This document shows, one piece after another, positions 12,597-22,935 of a DNA stretch of 64,000 nt. The translations under genes and the position numbers were made by a program. Numbering within the stretch: the stretch's first letter is position 1; each line of letters opens with the position of its first letter. Source of the DNA: Rhizophagus irregularis (lineage: Eukaryota); the NCBI RefSeq assembly GCF_026210795.1, contig NC_089429.1, positions 2,418,001 to 2,482,000 of the forward strand, given 5' to 3'. The notes below the pieces were generated by a model. That model ran no database searches. It was not told the DNA's origin and saw only the letters and a program-made list of their open reading frames with translations.

Positions 12597-13637
12597 AATG
12601 TAAAAAGAAAAAGGGGAATTTAAAACTTTTTTTAAATTATGCCAAATTTATACTAATTTTCGGAATAAGTTCCGATATATTGTCGCACAAAATTTGCGTT
12701 GATCATTTGGAAAGAATATTAAGGATTTGTAAGATTTATGGAAAAAAACGTGACATATTATTCCACAGCTGATAGCTACATGATTATCATACCCACTTAT
12801 TAAAAAAAAAAATTTGTGTATATCACATTTTTGACACATGGGTTTTTAGAATATTTGATTTTTCTAAGTAGTAGAAATTTAAGTAATAATAAAAGGTTTC
12901 TTATTGTTAGACAAATTTTATTATTTGAAATTTGAGAAAATTTTTTTTGCATTCTTAACTTATTAATAATATTTTTAATCACTTTAGTTAACGCTTTATT
13001 TAATATAATTTCACCTAATTTTAAACATAAGTTATGAAAAATATTTTTTTTTTTTTGGAAAATGAATATTATCCTATAAAGATAAATAATTTGGCTAATT
13101 TTAAACCTATTTTTGCAAAAATACTATGTTTAAATAGTGAGCACAATTTTGCTTGATATAAATAATTAGGTGTTAAAATACGTAATTTTTTGAAATTTCA
13201 TATTTGTTTATTATACTGATATTTACACGTGATAGTATCGTTCACCCAATCATTTCCGTGATAGTTTTTAAATCGATCCATATGGTCTGGCCATAAATTT
13301 TAAAGAACAAATTCATACGACATTTAAACTATTATTATTTACTAGATGCGTTCAAGTTTAACCCCTCGCTCTTAATATGCAAATTTATTATAAATTAAGA
13401 ATGGATGAATGGCAAAAAATGATTTTATTGAAGTGATAGAATTTATCAGAATTTGGAATAATTATCAGCATGGATATATTCTTTTTATTTCTCATTAAAA
13501 AAAATGAAATAATTTGGCTAATACATTAAACATCATTTTGAATTGTATTTTATCGTAATATAATAATAACATGAAAGAAAAAGTATGAGTTTATTTATAT
13601 AACAATGATATTTAAAACATAAATTAAATGTTGATGG

Positions 13638-14134
13638 CTAATACATTTCATTTATAAATTCACGAACTTCAATATTTAAATCATCATAATTTTGAGCTAT
13701 AATATCAATAATCTAAATTTCTTTCAAAGAAACTAAGTCATCATCTTTTATAAGGGTTTAAATAAAATATTCTATATAGTCAAATACTTAGTTAGGACCC
13801 CGAAATATACATAAAAGGATCAGGTCAGAGTTTGCGTATAATGAGTCAAAAAAATCATGTAGATCATTCCTTTTATGGATAATCCCAGCCAAAATAATAT
13901 TTCCTAATTTAGATAATGGCTGAAATTATCGTAATTCCGGCCCTGAAAGAATGCGTATTTTGGACCACTTCTGGACCTGACCTCTACATATATATTTCGG
14001 GGTCCTACTTAGTTCTTTTCTTTATTCTTAGTTCATTATCAATAATAAAATTTTTGATAGAGAGATAATTAAAATTTAGTTCAACTTTTTCAACTAAATG
14101 AAATATTTTATAAATAATCTGATCATATATATAT
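13638..14134 (-). pseudogene. 3' fragment of an F-box/LRR paralogue, disrupted by a MITE and nested solo LTRs
   Basis: CTAATACATTTCATTTATAAATTCACG.ACTTCAATATTTAAATCAT matches the end of the 5833 gene; deletions and insertions follow. Confidence 0.7.
13794..14006. mobile_element. MITE family B (hAT-like), 213 bp, 8-bp TSD ACTTAGTT
   Basis: TIRs AGGACCCCGAAATATA / TATATTTCGGGGTCCT. ACTTAGTT occurs at 13786-13793 and 14007-14014. Confidence 0.85.
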
Positions 14135-15470
14135 TGTTACCACCGGCTTCTGTAGTGTAATGCCGTAGTATACCTAATGAATTTATTAATTGTAAGGCGC
14201 AGCATTATATTTAGAATTAGTGTATAAATTTTTAGTAATTTAAAATTGTATATCAATTGGCCCGCGATGACGTTAAACTAGGGAAATATAGGATATCAGG
14301 TGATAACGCCCGAGATGACGTAAAACTAGAAGATTAATTAATAATGATAAGTCAAGTGATTAGGAAACAGGTGATTAATTTGTAGATCATGACGAAAGAA
14401 TCTATGAATAGGATATTTGCATTTAAGGAAATGGTCTTGAAGATCAAAAACGAAGAAAAATTCAAAATTTCAAAAAATATGAAAAATAACAAGTACTAAT
14501 ACTTGTAGTTCAGTTGAGCAAAACCAATAGATGAGTTAGAATTTTTAGGTTTGCAGCAAAACATAGTGATAAAAGGCGCAGGAAGTTTCTTTAAGATACT
14601 ATTTTTAAATTCATATAAATAGACGTAGATATCGACATTGTGGAATTTCAGGTTACGAATTTAGGAATTTATTTGGATAAATATTTAGTTATTGTTTAGT
14701 ATTGTTAAACCAAACATATTATTGTATTTATTTATATTATTAATAAAGTATTATTTTGTTAAGTCCTAAGGTGGCAAACGTATTGTTATACGGGCTTAGA
14801 TCTTACAGTAGTAACAGAAAGAAAAATAAGGATCGGTTAATAAAGGGCAAGGTAATATGGCGATATATAACTAATAAAAAGGTAAAAGTACAGACGGTAA
14901 ACGATATTGAACGATTATAAATGATAATAAATGATGAGATAATATAAAGATAGATCGGGTGGTGTATGTATAAAAGCAATTTATTATACGATGTATACGA
15001 AAAATCAATGATATATAACAAAAATAATAAATGATAATAAACAGTGAAAAAAATAAAATAAACTGTATATGAACAATTCGGAAATAAATCAGCGGTTTAT
15101 TAACAATGAAACAAAATACGATATTACTGCCTCTATCGGCGCTCTGTAATATCCGTATACTATCGGCTGATAACAAAACCTAGCTAAACTTTTCTAAACA
15201 AATTCAAACTGAATTTTTACAACTATCAACGACGGTCCCTTTTATAGTGTTAGACTTTTGGTACAATCCTGTCTTTTCGAACAGAATCGCCATTCGGCCA
15301 TAATTGCCTCCCGACCAATTGTGGCGATCTGGGCACTTATATTCAGCCACCTTTTTACCGCTAAGCTTCCGTTTGTTATCTAAATATCTAAAAATAACTA
15401 TACTAAAAATAAACAAATAAAAAATGAAAGATAAAAATAAAGAAAAATAAACAAAAATTATCCCGTGACA
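14135..15470. mobile_element. Solo LTR (about 680 bp, TGTTAC...GTGACA) hosting a second solo LTR
   Basis: TG...CA ends with short imperfect inverted repeats, flanked by a 4-bp ATAT duplication (14131-14134 / 15471-15474). Confidence 0.6.
14156..14807 (+). mobile_element. Solo LTR related to the Gypsy element at 20715-30188
   Basis: Both ends align with the reverse complement of the 622-bp LTR (TGTAATGCCGTAGTATA... and ...GGTGGCAAAC...TTACA). 4-bp TSD GTAG at 14152-14155 and 14808-14811. Confidence 0.9.
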
Positions 15471-15619
15471 ATATTAAGAAAATTTTCTCTGTTTTCTGTA
15501 TAACAATGAAGCTTGATAATTGGCATGCACAAATACCATATATACTAGTAAGTGCGTTTATAAATATAAAAAAAAAGATATTTACTTTATCTTTTCCAGT
15601 TAGGGTTAATTATATAGTA

Positions 15620-18600
15620 ATGGCTCACAGTAATGATAAAGGTAAAAATTATTTTTATAATACTGTGCAATATAATAAAACTAGTTATCAGTAATATTAA
15701 AGAATTTGGAGAAAGAGATCCTAAAGAATTTGAAGGAAGTAGTATCATGGAATCCGAAGGTATATCAAACAAGCTAAAATATTAAATTTTTATTTGTAAA
15801 TAATTTAAATACTATCTATAATTGTACCTTATATAATATACGAATAAATATATTCTAACCTAACTGTATTATATAAATAATTTAGCTCGTAAGTTAATAG
15901 TTATCTTATAATTGAATAATAATGGAATTACTTATTATTTACTTATATTCCATGTACTGATAATACTATAGTTTGTAAGTTATCAGTTATTTAAATCTTT
16001 ACTTTTTTATTTTATTTATTTTACACAATATTCAAATAACTCAATTTTCTGTTTAAATAACTATTACAGATAGTAAGTTATAATATTATATTATTTGTTT
16101 AATATTTTATCTAACTCTACTAATTATATTTTTAATTTAAATAACTAGATTGTAAGTAATATATTTAATTTATAGTAAATACTTCTGTATTATATATATA
16201 TCTAACTACTTAATAATTAATAATACTACAGAAGTTGTGTGATATCTATATTTCTATTATTTATTTAATTTAAACTAACTAAATTCTTTATTTAAAAAAT
16301 TATTTTATAATTTCTTTTAGTTAGTAAGTTATATTATTGCTTATTTATATAATATTTACATATAACTGATAATTTAAACTAACTAAATCTTTATTTAAAA
16401 TTATTTAATAATATAGGGAGTAAGTTATTTATTATTCTATTGTTACTTAATTATATAATATTTACATATAATTTAAACTAGCTAACTGAAATTCTTTATT
16501 TAAAAAATATTTTATAGATAGTATGTCATTTATTTAATTCTATTATTACTTATTTATATAATATTACATATAATTTAAACTAACTAAATTCTTTATTTAA
16601 AAAATTATTTAATAATATAGGGTGTAAGTTATTTAATTCTATTATTACTTATTTATATAATATTTTCATATAATATAAACTAAATAAATTCTTTATTTAA
16701 AAAAATTATTTAATAATATAGGGTGTAAGTTATCTATTATTATTTATATTATTTATATAATATTTACATTAATTACGTAATTTAAACTAACTAAATTCTT
16801 TATTCAAAAAATTATTTTATAGATAGTATGTTATTTGTTTAATTCTATCTATTATTACTTATTTATATAATATTTTCATATTATTTCATAATATAGGGTG
16901 TAAGTTATCTATTATTATTTATATTATTTATATAATATTTACATTAATTACATATAATTTAAATTAACTAAATTTTTTATTTAAAAAAAAATTATTTTAT
17001 AGATGGTATGTTATTAATTTAATTCTATTATTACTTATTTATATAATATTTCATATAATTTAAACTAACTAAATTCTTTATTTAATAGATCGTAAGTTAT
17101 AAGTTATTTATTTAATTCTATTATTATCTATTTATATAATATTTACATATAATTTAAACTAACTAAATTTTTTATTTAAAAAATTTTTTAAAGTTACTTA
17201 TTTATATAATATTTACATATATTTTAAACTAAATTTTTTATTTAAAGGGTGTAAGTTATTTATTTAGTTCTATTATTATTTATTTATATAATATTTACAT
17301 TCAATTTAAACTAACTTTATTTAAAAAATTTATTTTATAGATGGTATGTTAATTATTTAATTCTATTATTACTTATTTACTATATAATATTTACATATAG
17401 TTTAAACTAACTAAATTCTTTATTTAATAGATAGTAAGTTATAAGTTATTTGTTTAATTCTATTGTTACTTATTTATATAATATTTACATATAATTTAAC
17501 TAACTAAATTCTTTATTTTATTATATAAATAAGATTAATAAATAACTTATAACTCACGATCTATTATAATATAGGGTGTAAGTTATTTTTGTTTCTATTG
17601 TTATATTTTAATGTTTAACTGAATTCTTTCATTTAAAAAATTTCTATTACTTTAGTTAGTAAGTTGTGAAATATAAGTTATTATTATATATGTATTCATA
17701 CAAAAACTAATTAAGACATATTATATTAAATACCTATTTAAATTTTAGAGTAAGTGTTAATTTTAATCTTAAATTTTAGTATAAATTTCAGTATAAACTT
17801 TAATATAATTTTAATTATTTAATTTTATAGAGTTGTAAAAAGTGGAAATGAAATTATAGATGAATTTATATCTGAAAAAAGGTTAAAATGGATTCCTTAT
17901 TATGAATTTAGAAGTGTTGAATATCTTGATGAAGGAGGATTTGGTACTATATACAGAGCTATTTGGCAAGATAATTATATTGATAGGGACGTAATTCTTA
18001 AATGTCACAAAAATTTAAATGAAAATTTAAATGAATTTTTAAATGAAGTATGATAGTATATTATTTATTTATTTGTTTAAATTAATTTATTTATACTAAT
18101 AGACTATATTATTATTTATAGTGGAAATATCATGAAAGTTGTTTAGATTCAAATTATATTATTTATTTTTATGGATTTACAGAAAATCCAGATACTTTAA
18201 AATATATGGCAGTAATGGATTATGCAAGCAAAGGTAATTTAAGAGGAAATTTGATAGAAATAATCAAAAATAATTGGAACCGAAAATTATATATGTTATA
18301 TGAAATTATCTCTGGACTTAATAAGATACATGAACAAAAGCTTATTCATTGTGATTTTCATGATGGAAATATTTTAAATCATAATAATAAGGATAATGAT
18401 AAAATTTATATTAGTGATTTAGGATTATGTCGACCTGTAAAATCATTTTTGAAAAAGTATGATATTTATGGTGTTATACCATTTATGGCTCCTGAAATTT
18501 TAAGAGGCAAATCTTATACTCCAGCTAGTGATATATATAGCTTTTCTATGATTATGTGGGAATTTACATCTGGGGTACCACCATTTAATAATAAAGCACA

Positions 18601-19335
18601 TGATATTCATCTTAGTATAAGTATTTGTAAAGGTGAACGGCCTGAAATTATTGAAATACTCCACGATGTTATGTAGATTTGATGAAAATGAAGATCCATC
18701 AAAAAGGCCATCTACATCAGAAGTGAGAAACATTATTAGAAATTGGATTTTTTTTCCTCATTATTTGGATACTGAAGATCTTAATAAAGAATTTAAACGC
18801 ATTGTTATGCAATTTATAAATGCACCAATTGGACATCATAATGATCTTGCTATTGAATCTCATTCACAAGCATATTATACAAGTCGTTTACTTGATTTTA
18901 CTAGTAAACAATTGAATGAAATTCTTGAAAGTGAAGATTCACAAGCATGTTATGCAAGTTATTTTACTATTAATGAAACAGTAAATAAAAGGCCAGTTAG
19001 TGAAGATTTGGATGATTGTTTAATTAATGATATGAAATCATTAGGTATGTTATAGTGTACAATAAAAAAAAGTAATTTTGTAAATTATTTATATGGAATT
19101 GATTTTACTTATTTAATTATTTATAACAGATGAAAATACTAGTAAAAAATTGAATGAAAGAGAAGATTCACAAGCTAGTGTAAAAGTAAGTAAGTGAAGA
19201 TTTAAATGATTATATAATTAAAGAACTGAGATCATTATTAGGTATGTACTATAATATATAAAAAAAACTAATCTTGCAAATTATTTATGTGAAATTAATT
19301 TTATTTACTTAAATATTAAAACAGATGAAGATTAA
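15620..19335 (+). pseudogene. Tyrosine-kinase-like (TKL) protein kinase gene with a micro-exon-encoded N-terminus; frameshifted in the C-lobe
   Basis: Exons are 15620-15641, 15703-15759, micro-exons at 15886-17749, 17831-18047, 18122-about 19045, then short 3' exons ending at TAA 19333-19335. Motifs GGFGTIY, VILK, HCDFHDGN, SDLG and APE are present. An apparent 1-nt loss near 18656 and an about 10-nt loss near 18688 (removing the conserved CW) break the frame. Confidence 0.75.
15886..17749 (+). repeat. Tandem array of about 100-nt intron units separated by 3-nt micro-exons
   Basis: Recurring (T/C/A)AG|NNN|GTAAGT or GTATGT, with CTAAC-type branch points upstream of most AGs. Confidence 0.8.
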
Positions 19336-20714
19336 CTTTAAAAAGATTTATAGTTCTTTTTTAAGTTATATTTGATATCATGCATTCAACAGAAATTATT
19401 CTTTATTTTATTTTTTTTTGTGGATTTATCTAAACACTAAGACTAGATTAGTGAAATATTTTACAAGATTCTTAGTTTGTAATTTAAATAATTCCGTTTT
19501 TATATTTTATCCAAATATTAAATGTGTATTATTTTTAGAATTATTTAAACACTAAGGCTAGAGTAGTAAATATTTTACAAATTTCTTGGTTTGTAATTTA
19601 AATAAATCATTTATAACTTTTCGATTATTAAATATAAGTAAGTGTTGGAATTGTCCATTAGTTTGTATTTTATATTATTTTATTTATTTTATTAAACATC
19701 AATATGATATTAAATAGTAAATAATGCTATACAATTAAATGAATGTACCTATTTAAAAAAAAATATCTGATTTGTCTATTTAGTTAAACTGTTTCTTTAA
19801 AAATTTCTCTATTTTTCTCTATCATCATCTCCATTGACATGCTTTTTGACTTCTTGATCGTAAATTTGGTAATGCTTTCGGAACAGCAAATTGCTAAATG
19901 GTGATAAAATGGGTGATGGATGATCATAATTAAGTCTTGATGTAAAATTTGCATTCAGTGAATTAAATTCCTTTACCTATTCATTGGCAAATCTTTTTCT
20001 TTAGCTTCTAACTATACTTCCTTTCTCTTAAAAATTCTTCTGTAACTTCTAATTTATCCTCTAGCACTGGCGCCATCGGGACTTTCTTACTCCAAAGATT
20101 TATAAATTGCTTTTCCTATAGCCACTTCAATTGAAAATCAGATAAAACAAATGCTATTTTTACGTAGCCTTTTCTCGGCAGTTTCATTATTTAAACAGAT
20201 ATTTTGACTTATGCTTTACATATTTCATAAACTTTTAAAAATGGTATCAAGTTTTTATTGATATTTTTCAAACTTCTTCTAGTAATACGTTTTCATTCTT
20301 AATTTTTTTTTTAAGTTTTATTATTAAGAGTGTATAACGTTTTTGTTAGTTTTTCTTTCAGCAAGTTTTTTGACTGAGTGATCGGTTTAAAAAGTTTATA
20401 AAATTTTTTTTTCACACGAAAAGAAAAATATTGGTTAAATTAAATACCCAAAACGGCGCTTATCGTAATACCGCAGCAGTGAAAAATAAAGAATGAAAAT
20501 AAAAAACTTTTTTTTTTAAAAATATTAGTAAAACTAGAAAAAATATTTAGAACTGAAAAAAAAAGAAATTGACACTTACTGTAGTAAGTGCAGCTCCTGA
20601 TTCATGAGTTCTCGATAACTAAGAGAAAAAATTTTTTAGTAAGGAAAATTAAAAAAAAAAAATCGTAACATGAGAATCGGCGCTTATCATGGTACCAGTA
20701 ATAAAAATAAACAG

Positions 20715-21336
20715 TGTAACACCTGAGCCCATAGAGAATTATGTTTGCCACCTCAGGTATTAACAAAATGACTCTTTATTAATAATATAAATAAATACAA
20801 TAATATGCTTGGTTTAATAACATTAAATAACAAAATAAATAATTCATAACAAAATTCGTCTAATTTCTCCCAAAAGGTGATCTTCACGCCCTTTTATGTT
20901 TGTTTTTGTGTAACTAAATTCATAATTTCAATTCATGGATTTAAATTATTAAAGTATTTCCATTGTTTTTAAAGTATTTCCATTGTTTTAAAGTATTTCC
21001 ATTATCTTAATTTTGTATCCATTTGATCATCATAAACTCCTGAATTATGATTTATAATATTAACGTAGTGATCAACAAATTAATCACTTGACACCTCAGA
21101 TCACTTGATTTCATGCAATTTAGTATCTTTCTGATCTTCATTTATCCTTAATTCTCGTGACTAATAGTTTAAGGTCATCACGGACCAATTACCTTAATCC
21201 ATGTGATTATTAGTTTAACGACTTCTCGGTCCAATTAAAATAAAAATAAAAATAAGTTAAAATTTTATACACTAAGACTAAATGTAATACTGCGCCTCAC
21301 AATTAATAAATTTACTAGATATACTACGGCATTACA
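20715..21336 (-). repeat. 3' LTR (622 bp)
   Basis: No differences from 29567-30188 seen on by-eye comparison. Confidence 0.95.
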
Positions 21337-21348
21337 ACTATCCCCCGC
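21337..21348 (-). promoter_or_regulatory. Polypurine tract
   Basis: Minus-strand GCGGGGGATAGT immediately precedes the 3' LTR TGTAAT. Confidence 0.75.
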
Positions 21349-21658
21349 ATGAAAATTTAATGCCCTCATTAAATTTATTCTAAGAATCGAACTCGTGTCT
21401 CAAAGTGGTAGGTGCGAATTATACCACTAAATCAAGCATGCGTTGTTACTTGACTTAGCTGCGTCCTGCGGCTGTTCCCGTGGTTTGTCATATGTTCTTC
21501 TGAATTTCACGGTTTTCTTGTACCGGATTTCACTTAGGTCTTTCTTTGGAATTTTCATTAATTTTTCCTATTTTTCCAAAATTATTTTTATGTCATGTGA
21601 TTTTATTTCACATGATTGTAAATTATCTTTATTTTTCTAAGTCTATCGATGATGGTTA

Positions 21659-22900
21659 TCATTTACTCATCGGTGTATGGTAAGTCTTTAATAGTTCTCC
21701 ATTTACAGGTGTTTTCTTGATTACACCCTTAATATCTTTAATTTTGTAGGCTCCGTTTGGTAGTATTTCATGAATGTAAAATGGTCCCAACCATTTTGAT
21801 TCCAATTTTCCAGATAATTGTTGTGCTTTGGCTTTATCATAGAGTAGTATTTTATCTCCAATTCCAAAGGTGTGTTCTTTGATTATTTTTCTGTCATGAT
21901 ACTCTTTTTGTTTTATTTGAGATTTCAATATTTGTTCTTTGGCTTCATGTCGGATTTTTGGTAGTTCTTCTAATAATCCAACTATTCTATCACTTAGGTT
22001 AATTTCTTTGATATTTTCATCCATTACTGTCCGTACATTTCTTCCAACATCATTCAGCATATTTTCCCAATAATATTTATCTTTTAAATTATCATAAGTA
22101 CTTTTGATTCCCATATGTGCCGATAATTCATGACTGTGAGCTAAATATAGTGCTCCCATCTTTTCAAAGTCTTCTATTATTCTTATGTTTTTACCATTTT
22201 TCTCAATATGCTTTTTACCATCAGTTACTCTGATGTTATCCTTAATTTCAACATTTTTAACCTCTATTGGTGGTTTATCTCCATCTAATTCTATTACTTT
22301 ATTATATACTCTTTCCCAATCTGTGTCATTATTCGATATTTTAATATTAGCATATTTTTCTCCTTCGTAAATATCTTGACATTCTTTAAATGATTTCACC
22401 ATTTCCATATATCTTTCTTCATTTAACAATGGGTATGATGTTTTATGTCCTTGATCCTTTTTCGAATATTCTCTACCTTTGTAATTTTCCCAACATTTTT
22501 CATTTTCTAAAAATATCACCATTGATTCATCAATTATCCTTTTGTTCCTAAATACTTCCTTCTCTAATAGGTGGTTCTCATATCTTGTTATGTATCCTCT
22601 GTCGAATGATGGTGTTTGTTGATAAAAGTACTCACTATAGGGACTTTTATCTAATATTAACCAATCCTCATTATCATGTTCTTCCATTCTCCTGTTGATT
22701 TGTTCGACAACTTCCTTCCTGAATTCCCATTCTATACCTTTCTTTGGTATTTTATACTTATCATTGTCCTCTCTTCTCCTTTTAAAGGTGTTAAACCTCA
22801 CACTTTGTCCTACTTTTTCAAATTCTTTTATAAGTTTATTTACAATGAATGTTTTTCCAGTACCATCAACTCCACATATGATTATTATTTTAGGTCCCAT
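21659..22900 (-). CDS. Thymidylate/deoxynucleotide-kinase-like domain fused to an integrase lacking its catalytic core
   Basis: P-loop IIIICGVDGTGKT and LILDKSPYSEYFYQ resemble the DR-type motif of dTMP/dN kinases. These are followed by integrase Zn-finger histidines (AHSHELSAHMGIKSTY..YYW), joined directly to the post-core helix and the GPY/F module (KLESKWLGPF). Confidence 0.85.
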   Translation of the reverse strand: MGPKIIIICGVDGTGKTFIVNKLIKEFEKVGQSVRFNTFKRRREDNDKYKIPKKGIEWEFRKEVVEQINRRMEEHDNEDWLILDKSPYSEYFYQQTPSFDRGYITRYENHLLEKEVFRNKRIIDESMVIFLENEKCWENYKGREYSKKDQGHKTSYPLLNEERYMEMVKSFKECQDIYEGEKYANIKISNNDTDWERVYNKVIELDGDKPPIEVKNVEIKDNIRVTDGKKHIEKNGKNIRIIEDFEKMGALYLAHSHELSAHMGIKSTYDNLKDKYYWENMLNDVGRNVRTVMDENIKEINLSDRIVGLLEELPKIRHEAKEQILKSQIKQKEYHDRKIIKEHTFGIGDKILLYDKAKAQQLSGKLESKWLGPFYIHEILPNGAYKIKDIKGVIKKTPVNGELLKTYHTPMSK

Positions 22901-22935
22901 TTTATTTTTGAAAAGTAACTCTTTTACCCATCTAT

